A stretch of 64,000 nucleotides of DNA from a plasmid: the sequence record NZ_CP044066.1, one strand, 5' to 3'. Of this stretch, positions 28,221 through 36,696 are shown piece after piece; position 1 is the stretch's first letter, and every line of letters begins with the position of its first letter. The notes beneath the pieces are model-generated. The model was not told the DNA's origin, ran no database searches, and saw only the letters and a list, made by a program, of their open reading frames with translations. The translations under genes were made by a program, and so were the position numbers.

Positions 28221-29396
28221 ATGCAACAACAATCTTTGACGGCGGATTTTGAGCGCCTGCAATTGACCCGAATGACGTGCGATCGCATTCGTTCGGCCAA
28301 CTACCATCTCACCGCTCACCTCGCCGAAGCGCTGAGCGCGCACCCCCAGCTGGATGCCGTTCTGCACATTGATCGCGCGCATATCGACAAGCTGCGGAAG
28401 GCCGAGGCAACGCAACGGGACCTGATGGGTACGCCCTTCCTCGTTGTGGTACCGACACTCATGGACGTGCACGACTGGAAGTGTCTGACGGAGGGTACGA
28501 CTACCACCGTCGCCGTGGACAAGCTCCGCCACCAACTGCCCAAATGGAGCAACGACGACAAGCTTCGCCTCTTCTTCAACAACCGCCATTACATCTGGCT
28601 GATGGTCGAGCTGCTGCATGTGAGTATCCTCGCTGCGCCGCTCCTCGGCATCAGCAAAGAGCTCGCCGAGTACCTTCGATCGCTGCCGCAGCACGTTCTC
28701 GACATGGTTATCGCGAAGGTCGATTTCCCGATCTTCCGCTGGTGCCTCGACAACAGGCGCTTCTGGATCGACTTCGAAACATCGCGCCTGTCCTCGGATG
28801 CGATCGGCCACCATTTCTTGGCCACCGTGCCCATCCGCGCCGATCGGATCGAGGCGAACCAGAGTTGGACGAACCTCCGCCTCGACCCGTTGAAGAAGAA
28901 GGTCTACGGTGAATTGATGATCCGGCAATACTGTCGCGCCTCCACGGTCACGTCGCTGCTCGGTATCAATTCGACCAAGACTCGCCAGCTCTTCCAGTCA
29001 ATTCATGGAGCCTCTTCGCCGACGGGTCAGCTGCCGACCTCGACAGCATGGTACTTCGAACAACCGTTGCATCGCATGCAGGCAACGATGATGGTGACGC
29101 TGTACCGGATCGGTCTCGCCTTTGGGGGCAGTGTCCCTGAAGCATTCATTGCCGCCTACGACTTGTTCGACAAGTTCTTCGGCCCCGATTCGCGGATCTC
29201 CGCAGACCGGGCGTGCCACATCTGCCGATCGATGTCCACGGACACACAGCTGGACCTTGCCCCCTGCCGAAGTTGCCGCACCCCTTACCTTATCGCCAAC
29301 ACAGCGCCCAAGATCGAGCTCAGCAACAGCTTCTCGTGCCCGGGCTGCAGCGGGGCGCTGGGGAACGGACAACTCGGCCGCCGTCGCAAGCAATAA
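28221..29396 (+). CDS. Putative transcriptional activator with an FlhC-like C-terminal domain (zinc-binding Cys4) and a unique 230-aa N-terminal extension
   Basis: GQLPTSTAWYFEQPLHRMQATMMVTLYRIGLAFGGSVPEAFIAAYDLF resembles the FlhC core. The CHIC...CRSC...CPGC Cys cluster parallels the FlhC zinc site. Confidence 0.5.
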   Translation: MQQQSLTADFERLQLTRMTCDRIRSANYHLTAHLAEALSAHPQLDAVLHIDRAHIDKLRKAEATQRDLMGTPFLVVVPTLMDVHDWKCLTEGTTTTVAVDKLRHQLPKWSNDDKLRLFFNNRHYIWLMVELLHVSILAAPLLGISKELAEYLRSLPQHVLDMVIAKVDFPIFRWCLDNRRFWIDFETSRLSSDAIGHHFLATVPIRADRIEANQSWTNLRLDPLKKKVYGELMIRQYCRASTVTSLLGINSTKTRQLFQSIHGASSPTGQLPTSTAWYFEQPLHRMQATMMVTLYRIGLAFGGSVPEAFIAAYDLFDKFFGPDSRISADRACHICRSMSTDTQLDLAPCRSCRTPYLIANTAPKIELSNSFSCPGCSGALGNGQLGRRRKQ

Positions 29397-29408
29397 GAGA
29401 GGGAAGCC

Positions 29409-29762
29409 ATGGAATTCGTACTCAAGAAAATGCTCGAGATCGCGTTCTTGCACGTGCTCCCCTGCTATTTCGCCTTCAAGTGGGCGAAAAGAGTCGGGAA
29501 GAATCCGTGGATGTGGGCGGTGCTCTGTTTCCTATTTTCGTACTTCGCACTGTTCTTGTTCGGCTTTCTACAGAACCGCAAGCGGCTACCCACCTACGAG
29601 GAATACCGCAGGGCGCATCCGAGCCACACCACGGCGAACGGCGTCTCCTGCAGCGAATGCGGATCGCGCAGCATCCGCATGTGGCGTCACCAGGTGTTCC
29701 TTCATGTGTACCAGTACCACCGGTGCAATCATTGCGGAACCACCCTTTATAGATCGCGTTAG
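29409..29762 (+). CDS. Membrane protein with a C-terminal zinc ribbon
   Basis: Two TM helices are followed by CSECG...CNHCG. Confidence 0.4.
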   Translation: MEFVLKKMLEIAFLHVLPCYFAFKWAKRVGKNPWMWAVLCFLFSYFALFLFGFLQNRKRLPTYEEYRRAHPSHTTANGVSCSECGSRSIRMWRHQVFLHVYQYHRCNHCGTTLYRSR

Positions 29763-29873
29763 ATAGCCTTACCCCCCGCAACGGGGGTAAAGGATAGACG
29801 TCAGACCGCCGTTGTAATAGCGGTCGCGGTTCTTGTATCCTTGCGATCCTGTCGAATTTGTTACTTCCCAACG

Positions 29874-30071
29874 ATGCGCCTGCTCCTCGCTATCCTGCTC
29901 CCGTGGTTCCAGTTCTTCACGATCGGGCGACCGTTCGCCGGGATCATCTGCTTCATCCTTCAAAGCACCATTATCGGCTGGATTCCGGCGGCGATCTGGT
30001 CCACCTACGCGCTGAGCCAGTACAAGACTGATAAGAAGATTGAGGCCGCTCTCAACAATCGCGGCCGCTAG
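29874..30071 (+). CDS. YqaE/Pmp3-family small membrane proteolipid
   Basis: MRLLLAILLPWFQFFTIGRPFAGIICFILQSTIIGWIPAAIWSTYAL fits the UPF0057 pattern. Confidence 0.55.
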   Translation: MRLLLAILLPWFQFFTIGRPFAGIICFILQSTIIGWIPAAIWSTYALSQYKTDKKIEAALNNRGR

Positions 30072-30078
30072 GCATTTG

Positions 30079-30111
30079 GCACGACTTGACATTGCCGCTC
30101 CGTCTGTAGGA
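30079..30111 (+). promoter_or_regulatory. Conserved element promoter box, copy 5
   Basis: GCACGACTTGACATTG-N11-TAGGAT, with TTGACA at 30085..30090. It precedes the lipoprotein gene. Confidence 0.5.
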
Positions 30112-30169
30112 TGAAATCAGGTAGTCCGACGGGTCTGCCACTCATCCAAACTCTGAGAAAGAAGAAATC

Positions 30170-30985
30170 ATGCAAAAGAACAAGATCTCCTTCGCGGGCC
30201 TTACCACTCTGGCTGCTCTCGCACTGTCCGCCTGCGGTAGCGGCGGTGGCGATGCACCGGCAGCTCAGCAACCCGGCAATACTGCTCCGCCTGCTCCGGT
30301 GATCACCGTGCAGGGCACCGCTCCGTCTGTGTCGGCTGACCCACTGGCGTTCGTCTATGTGCCTGTGGACGCCTCGTCCAGCGGCTTCTCGTCTCGAGCA
30401 GGCGCGACCGCGAACGCGCCTGCATCGCTTCAAGCCGTCACTGGCGAAGGCGCTTACAAGACCATCGCTGGCAACACTGCCAGTGCCCTCAGCCTGACGG
30501 CCGGCGTCATCACGGACGTAAGCGGTGACGGTCAATATTCGATTGGGCGTTGGACGAATGGCACGACCGGCATCGGGACGATCAGCGCGAATCAAGGCGC
30601 CCATTACGTGGTAGGACGGCCACTCGCGCTGGCCCGTGTCGCAGGCCCGACCGCGACACTCTCTTGTACTCTTAAGGCAGCGACTCTTCCGACCGCCGTG
30701 TCCGGGAACTTCCCCGCTGGAAAGGTCAACGCCGCTACCGCTCTTATCAATCTAAATGGTCCGCTGGTGGACACCCTTTCGATTGACCTCTCGATCGGGT
30801 CGGACCATGTGACCAAGGCCTTCTCCGGTGTCGCGGTCACCGGTGCTAACCTTTCGGCTAGCGGTGCGCTTCTGACCGAAACGATGGGAACGGACCAGGC
30901 AGCGCCCTACCTCTCTGTCGGCTACACGGTGGCGACTCCCTCTAGCGGCGACGTGGCCGGCACTATCGTGCTGAAGTGTCAGTGA
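30170..30985 (+). CDS. Lipoprotein (lipobox LSAC), Gly/Thr/Ala-rich beta-rich surface protein; entry-exclusion candidate
   Basis: Signal plus lipobox MQKNKISFAGLTTLAALALSAC; a AAGAAA-type RBS; 271 aa. Confidence 0.55.
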   Translation: MQKNKISFAGLTTLAALALSACGSGGGDAPAAQQPGNTAPPAPVITVQGTAPSVSADPLAFVYVPVDASSSGFSSRAGATANAPASLQAVTGEGAYKTIAGNTASALSLTAGVITDVSGDGQYSIGRWTNGTTGIGTISANQGAHYVVGRPLALARVAGPTATLSCTLKAATLPTAVSGNFPAGKVNAATALINLNGPLVDTLSIDLSIGSDHVTKAFSGVAVTGANLSASGALLTETMGTDQAAPYLSVGYTVATPSSGDVAGTIVLKCQ

Positions 30986-31005
30986 CCTATGTCCGCAAGA
31001 CTTAT

Positions 31006-31032
31006 GGAAGCCGGCTCACGCCGGCTTTTTTA
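31006..31032 (+). terminator. Rho-independent terminator after the lipoprotein gene
   Basis: The stem GCCGGC/GCCGGC has a 4-nt TCAC loop and is followed by TTTTTT. Confidence 0.7.
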
Positions 31033-31035
31033 TTC

Positions 31036-32325
31036 CTAGTTGCCGTTGGATCCCCCGTTTGCGGTAGAGCCGGCGAGCCACGAAATGGTCCCCACAGGGC
31101 ACGGTTGTCCGTAGGCGCCGAAGCTCGCTTCGTTCCCTTGGCCGCCAGGCCACAGGATGCACAATCCCCAACCGGATTGCTGGCTATTCATAGACAGCTT
31201 GCTCCAAGTTGCCACGACTGTTCCTTGGCCGGCTCCGCTGGCGGCTCGCCACACCCCATTCTGACATGACAACGATTTGCCATTAGGGTCGCTGCGAATC
31301 GCACCCTGTGGATCTCCGCACCCCTGGCCCTCCGAGACCTTCTGTGACGGATCAAGCGAAGGGATGAGAGCACCGGACGCCGTGATGTAACCTGCGGCCG
31401 AGACGCTGCCGTATGACGCTATCGAATTGCCTGCGATCTGATTTGCGGTCATCGCACCGGCGACGTAGGCACTGCCATTCGACTGAACGTAGTTTCCGTA
31501 CACTCCATTCCCGCTGACATTCGCCCCTGCGCTAACATTCCCGTCAGCGATGAGGCTGCCATTTGCAGTTACATTGCCCCCAGCTCCGACACTGCCTGCG
31601 GCCGATACCGAACCATTCGACTGGAAATTCCCCACCCGATTCATCGCCTGATTATTGGCGTCCATCGGACCCGTCAGGTTCAGCGAGCCATCACGCTTGT
31701 AGAACTGGTTCATCGACTGCGCAAGTAGCGAGCTCGAGCCCGTGCGCATTGCCAGCACGCCGGACGGCTGACCCGCCACCGGGTTCACGGCCGACCAGCT
31801 GGCGGACATGCCCGTGATCGTCGCCGGCGTCTCCGCATAGGAGACGCCCGCATCCTGCCCCGCTTTCGCGACGGCAAGGCCAAGCAGGTCAGTCCGCACG
31901 CCACCCGTCGCGTCACGGTAGCCGGCGGTCGAGTACACCAGTCCGGGGATCGAGCATGCGCTCAGGTCCGCGCCGCAGTTTGCCGGCTTCAGATCGATTC
32001 GGAAGGACAACCCCAGCGGGCTCACATCCGAGTAGCCGATCGGCAGCAGATCGAAGTTGATCAGATCCTGCACCGTCGGGTGAAGCGGGCTCTGTATGCC
32101 AATGGTCTTGCCGCCGACAGTGAGGTTCGTGGGCCCTGCGGGACTCTTCGCGAGATCCGTGAAGGCCTCGAACGTATAGGTGTTCGCCGCGGCCGCAATA
32201 TTGGCCATGTAGTTTCCAGTCCCGATAGACTGGATCTCCTCCACCTCGGCGTAGGTCCACGCAACCGATCCCAACAGCCCCACGCTGCTCAGTGCGAGGC
32301 CCAGGGCGTAATTCGACATCAGCAT
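31036..32325 (-). CDS. PilV-like minor pilin / tip adhesin of the type IVb thin pilus
   Basis: It is the last gene of the pil operon, with an AGGAGA RBS. It has a hydrophobic N-terminus and a long region of degenerate GS/GN repeats (NGSVSAAGSVGAGGNVTANGSLIADGNVSAGANVSGNG), followed by a Cys-containing C-terminus. Confidence 0.5.
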   Translation of the reverse strand: MLMSNYALGLALSSVGLLGSVAWTYAEVEEIQSIGTGNYMANIAAAANTYTFEAFTDLAKSPAGPTNLTVGGKTIGIQSPLHPTVQDLINFDLLPIGYSDVSPLGLSFRIDLKPANCGADLSACSIPGLVYSTAGYRDATGGVRTDLLGLAVAKAGQDAGVSYAETPATITGMSASWSAVNPVAGQPSGVLAMRTGSSSLLAQSMNQFYKRDGSLNLTGPMDANNQAMNRVGNFQSNGSVSAAGSVGAGGNVTANGSLIADGNVSAGANVSGNGVYGNYVQSNGSAYVAGAMTANQIAGNSIASYGSVSAAGYITASGALIPSLDPSQKVSEGQGCGDPQGAIRSDPNGKSLSCQNGVWRAASGAGQGTVVATWSKLSMNSQQSGWGLCILWPGGQGNEASFGAYGQPCPVGTISWLAGSTANGGSNGN

Positions 32326-32390
32326 TTCCACTCTCCTATGCCAAAGCCCGGCCATCGGCCGGGCGTGTCATGCATGACGGTTGTGATCGG

Positions 32391-33035
32391 TCAGGACATG
32401 TAGAGATCGATCGTGTTGCTGTCGCTGCTGCAACGCACCTCGGTCATATTGACGCTGCTGCCGACATCTTTGATCGCCGTGCCATTGACGACGATCTTGC
32501 CCGCGCTGCTCTGGAATGCCGCCGCAATCTGCGTGCACGCCGCATCAGGCTGATTCGGGATCGTGTACTGGACGGAGTCGTTGGTGGTCAGCAGCTTCCC
32601 CGGCGCGATCGTCAGCGAGCCGCCGCCCGGCTGCACCGTCACGGTGTTGCCCTCCACCGTCATCGTGGTCAGATCCTTGAACGTGCCGTTGCCCACGACT
32701 GCGGCAATGGTCACCGTGCCGTAGCGCCCGCGATAGTTCGTCTTCACCTTGCCCATCACCTTGTTGAGCTCGGTCGTGAACTGCTGCACCTGCGAATCAG
32801 TCGAGTTGCCGGAGAACAGTACGAGGATGGCAACGAGCGAGAAGGCGACAAGCAGCAGGTAAAAGCCGTATTCGTCAAGAATGCCGCCGTGCTGGCCACG
32901 CAGCCGCGGGTTGATGCGGATGCGCTTCCATTGTTGAGCACGGCTCACCGTGCTGAGCGCGTTGGCGTTGTCCGCGATCGCGGCATCGCGGCTGTCGTTA
33001 TGAGTTTGGCGATTGGTTTCCATGTTGCGTGTCAT
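32391..33035 (-). CDS. Type IVb prepilin, PilS-like (major thin-pilus subunit)
   Basis: The long leader ends in RGQHG, followed by the mature N-terminus GILDEYGFYLLLVAFSLVAILVLF with Glu at +5. Confidence 0.7.
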   Translation of the reverse strand: MTRNMETNRQTHNDSRDAAIADNANALSTVSRAQQWKRIRINPRLRGQHGGILDEYGFYLLLVAFSLVAILVLFSGNSTDSQVQQFTTELNKVMGKVKTNYRGRYGTVTIAAVVGNGTFKDLTTMTVEGNTVTVQPGGGSLTIAPGKLLTTNDSVQYTIPNQPDAACTQIAAAFQSSAGKIVVNGTAIKDVGSSVNMTEVRCSSDSNTIDLYMS

Positions 33036-34270
33036 CAGTTGGATGGGAGGTGGGAGGGGCTGATACTCTTTTGATGCGTGCGAATGCCATTGGTCTGCAT
33101 GCTCTGCTTGAGCTCACGCGCCATGAAGGCAGGCATGAACGCGAGCGCCGTGATAAGCAGAATGAGCAGGATCGATGCGCGGCGGTTGAACTTCGAGGCC
33201 TTATGCTCGAGTTCGCGCGGCGCGGCTTCCAGGACCGTCATCGACACCGTGTTGAGCATCTTCGACAGATCGTCTTCGTACTCGGCGATATCCTGAATCC
33301 GGTAGGTCGTGTCGCGGTCGAACAGACCCGTGTCAAACAGCTTCCCGCCGGCGTTGGGCGACTCTTCGAGCATCGCTTCCATGCGGCGGATGTGTTGCGC
33401 CAGGTAGGGATAGGCGTTGCTGCGCATCATCTCCAGCGCGTTGGTCAGGTTGTTCATGTCACCGCCGAAGTTCTGCGTCACGGCCGACATGCCCGCCAGA
33501 AACTGCGCGCCCTGAAACCTGCGGAAGAAGTCGAAGACAATGACCTTGCGATCGAGCCATTCACGATACGGACCGGTGTAGTGGCGCAGCGCCCGCACGA
33601 CCCACCACACCGCCGCGGCCTCGCCGATCAGCACCAGCCAGCCCCACTCGCGAAGGAAGGTCGTGCCGACGTGGAACGCCTTCGCGATCGGCCCGTAAGC
33701 CTCCACCGGGAGCAGGTTGGCGAAGCTGCGGTCGAGCATCGGCGCGACCATGAACGCCATCGCGCCAAGATAGACGTGCAGAATGATCAGCGTGATGCCG
33801 ACGCTCGCCAGCATGAGCAGGATGTTGGACTTGGCGCTGCTCATGGCGCGCAGGTTCTCCGCCAGCCGGAACAAGCCCTGCTTCACGTCACCGCCCTGCT
33901 CGGCCACCGCGATGATCGCGAGATCTTCGTCCGGTACCGTCCCGCGAAGAATCTCGGCGAGGCGAGACTCCTGCATCTGACCGTCAAGACCCTCATAGCG
34001 CGCGAGCCAGAGAGACGCCAGCAGGCCCAGCGGCTCGCCCGCGCGGCGCGCGGCATCCTTCGCAAAGTGGTTCGCAATCGCCTCGCCCGGCATCTTCTCG
34101 ATGCGCATGGCCAGGTCGTAGTAGTAGTCAGCGCGCTTGGCCGAGAACTCGAGCTTTGCCCACCACAGCTTGTCCGGAAAGCGGCCGGTTGCACCGCTGA
34201 GGCTTTGCGAAGCCGCCGCGTACTTCCTGCGCTTGAACGCCGCCAGGGCTTCTTTGATTCGGTTCATCAT
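33035..34270 (-). CDS. PilR-like inner-membrane platform protein (GspF/PilC/TadC family)
   Basis: 411 aa, polytopic, with two repeated GspF-like halves. Its stop overlaps the pilS start. Confidence 0.75.
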   Translation of the reverse strand: MMNRIKEALAAFKRRKYAAASQSLSGATGRFPDKLWWAKLEFSAKRADYYYDLAMRIEKMPGEAIANHFAKDAARRAGEPLGLLASLWLARYEGLDGQMQESRLAEILRGTVPDEDLAIIAVAEQGGDVKQGLFRLAENLRAMSSAKSNILLMLASVGITLIILHVYLGAMAFMVAPMLDRSFANLLPVEAYGPIAKAFHVGTTFLREWGWLVLIGEAAAVWWVVRALRHYTGPYREWLDRKVIVFDFFRRFQGAQFLAGMSAVTQNFGGDMNNLTNALEMMRSNAYPYLAQHIRRMEAMLEESPNAGGKLFDTGLFDRDTTYRIQDIAEYEDDLSKMLNTVSMTVLEAAPRELEHKASKFNRRASILLILLITALAFMPAFMARELKQSMQTNGIRTHQKSISPSHLPSN

Positions 34271-36072
34271 GCGCGGGCTCCATTCATGCGCTTGAGTTTG
34301 GCCTCATAGGCATCGAGCGAGAGAATCCGCTCGGCCTGCCGGGGATCGACCGTGCCAGCGAAGACGTGGTACATGGCGACCTCGAACACCGATTTGCCAG
34401 TGCAGTCCGGAATGTCGAAGCCGGTGGTGCGCTTCTCGCGTTGATGCGCCTGCAACTCGATAGCGCGCGCATCACGGATGTACATGAGGTCGAGCTCGTC
34501 GGGTTCGAACATCTCTGCGGCCATGACGCGCCCACGGATGCCATTGAGATCGGGCAGATTGGCGCGGCGGCACTTCGGACAGCCCTCTTCACGACGCACG
34601 CGGATGCCCTCGACGTCGAACTGAAACAGCCGCTCGATCTGGCGGAGCTTTGCCGCGCCGAGGATGGCCTTCGCTTCGTCGCCGTGATGACCGCACTCGC
34701 ACGTCTTCGCCAGCAGCGCCTGATACACGTAGAGGTTCACGAATCCGGGTGTCGCGAGCACGCTGCGGGGAATCTGCAATTCGCTGTCAGCCAGGCGGTC
34801 CGTCGCCGCGGTGGCGGACGGCGCGTGCACCGTCGTCATGGCGCGCAGACCCGCGCCGGCGACGTCGCGGAAAAGGCCAGCCGATTCGAAGTCGCGCACC
34901 TCGCCGATCATGACGAAATGCGGGTTCATCCGCTTCAGTTGGCGCTTCGCGACGATGAAAGGATCTTCCGCACGGTTGGAGCCGTCGAGTTTGCGAGCCA
35001 CCGAGAAATGGTGCGTTCCATGCGCCATCAGTTCGACCGGGTCTTCGATCGACATCTTGTTCATCCATCCCGGCAGGCGCTGCATGACAGCGTGCGCGGT
35101 CGTGGTCTTGCCGGAGCCGACCGTGCCGACAAGCACCACACCCCCGCCCATCTGCATCGTGCAGCGGTCGATGACGTCCGCCTGCTGCTGGAAGAACGCG
35201 AGATCCTTCACGAAGTCCACCTGAGTCGTCGTCGCATTCTCGGGATTCATCCGCATGACCGTCACATGGCCATCCGCGCTTTGCATCGACGCCCACCGAA
35301 ACACCATCGGGACGCCATCGACGGCAGTCCGGATGCTGGTCTGCTGCGGCAGCACGCGGCTGAAGACGCCATGCGAGCCGCCCTTACCCTTCTGGTAGAC
35401 GTGCGACAGCATGTCGAGCAAGTCGGCTGTCCGGACACGAAATTCGGGCGGCAGCACCAGGTGCCCATCGATCGCGAACCGAATCTGCGACAACTCGCTG
35501 TTGTCCTTCACTTCGAAGTGGATGTCGGAGGCCTGCTCGCGCTTGGCGAACTCGGCCGCAGCGAGGAACGTCTGCCAGAGCCCATTCGCGTTGCGCAGAC
35601 TGGTCGTCTGGACACCATCGATCCGCGCGCTGCCCTCCACGCCGCGAGACAGAGCCGTCATGACCTGTGGGGTCGCGGCGAAGAACAGCGGCTCGGCGGC
35701 ATCCCACCGCAGGCGCGCCTGCCGTACGATTTCGTCCGTGAAGTCCGAATGTCGCATCTCGTCGAGCAGGATCAGGGCGAACTTGCCCCGTTCGCCGTCT
35801 GCCGGCGACTCCATCAGCACCGGGCAGATTTGATGGCGCAGAGACTGGGCCATGCCAAGATCGTCATACAGCGCCCGGACGAACGGAGGCAGTTCATCTG
35901 TGGTCTGCACCTCTGCTACATCGGCGCTGCCCGTCGGCAAGGCGGGCTCATGCCGTGACGGCTCGGCACGGGCGGGCGCCGCCGGCCGCGCCGGGGCGTT
36001 GCCGGATAGCACCATGATCCCGCTGGAGGCTTCCGGCACGAGTGCCTTTCTCGATCGATCGAAGAATCGCAT
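34267..36072 (-). CDS. PilQ-like secretion ATPase (GspE/PilB/VirB11 superfamily)
   Basis: Walker A VLVGTVGSGKTTT; Asp and His boxes present; C-terminal tetracysteine motif CECGHHG...CPKC. Confidence 0.85.
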   Translation of the reverse strand: MRFFDRSRKALVPEASSGIMVLSGNAPARPAAPARAEPSRHEPALPTGSADVAEVQTTDELPPFVRALYDDLGMAQSLRHQICPVLMESPADGERGKFALILLDEMRHSDFTDEIVRQARLRWDAAEPLFFAATPQVMTALSRGVEGSARIDGVQTTSLRNANGLWQTFLAAAEFAKREQASDIHFEVKDNSELSQIRFAIDGHLVLPPEFRVRTADLLDMLSHVYQKGKGGSHGVFSRVLPQQTSIRTAVDGVPMVFRWASMQSADGHVTVMRMNPENATTTQVDFVKDLAFFQQQADVIDRCTMQMGGGVVLVGTVGSGKTTTAHAVMQRLPGWMNKMSIEDPVELMAHGTHHFSVARKLDGSNRAEDPFIVAKRQLKRMNPHFVMIGEVRDFESAGLFRDVAGAGLRAMTTVHAPSATAATDRLADSELQIPRSVLATPGFVNLYVYQALLAKTCECGHHGDEAKAILGAAKLRQIERLFQFDVEGIRVRREEGCPKCRRANLPDLNGIRGRVMAAEMFEPDELDLMYIRDARAIELQAHQREKRTTGFDIPDCTGKSVFEVAMYHVFAGTVDPRQAERILSLDAYEAKLKRMNGARA

Positions 36073-36084
36073 GATCGCTCCTCC

Positions 36085-36696
36085 TCAGCCTACCGAAGGC
36101 GCGGCAGGCGAAGCGGGCGCGACGGGCGGCGCCATCGCGGGGACCGGCGCGGGCATCGAGGGCGCGAACGGCATCGGTGCGGCCAGATTGTTTGCAGGGT
36201 TCTGACCGGGCAGCGGCTCCGCGGGGCGCGCCGCCGCGTTCACCGTGCGCGGCGCGGGCTCCTCGAGGAGAACGGCTTCGTCGTCCGCTCGCGCCGCTGT
36301 CAGCGTTTGCTTCCCCTTCGCGAACGTCGTGCCGTTCTCGGTGATGGAGATCACCTTGTAGCCACGGACGCTTCCGCCCACGCGTGCCGCATACAGTTCG
36401 TTACCCCACTTCACGTAGCTGCGAAGCGTGACCGGCAGTCCCGCCTTGCTGCCATCGATACCAAAGACAGCCACCGTCTTCGGCACCGAATGCGCCTCGC
36501 GGCTCGGAGCCGCGGGCGGCGTCACGACCACCGGGGCCGGGTTGGTCTTCGCCAGCTCCTGATCGGCCTTTTGCACGGCAATCTGAGCGTCCTTCTCGAG
36601 CAGCACGCGGGTGACGGACTTGTCGCCCTCCGCGTGTGCGCAAGTCGCGGTCATCGCGAGCGCAATAGTTGCCAGCGTCATGTCGAAGCGGTTCAT
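36085..36696 (-). CDS. PilP-like periplasmic pilus biogenesis protein
   Basis: It has a signal peptide, a small beta domain and a Pro/Ala-rich tail. The position matches R64/PAPI-1 pilP. Confidence 0.45.
   Translation of the reverse strand: MNRFDMTLATIALAMTATCAHAEGDKSVTRVLLEKDAQIAVQKADQELAKTNPAPVVVTPPAAPSREAHSVPKTVAVFGIDGSKAGLPVTLRSYVKWGNELYAARVGGSVRGYKVISITENGTTFAKGKQTLTAARADDEAVLLEEPAPRTVNAAARPAEPLPGQNPANNLAAPMPFAPSMPAPVPAMAPPVAPASPAAPSVG

Noticed and set aside
30985-31036. Possible shufflon (alternative pilV C-terminal cassettes with 19-bp repeats) downstream of the pilV-like gene
   Set aside because: Only 50 bp separate pilV from the convergent lipoprotein gene. That region is a simple terminator hairpin, and no rci-type recombinase is adjacent.
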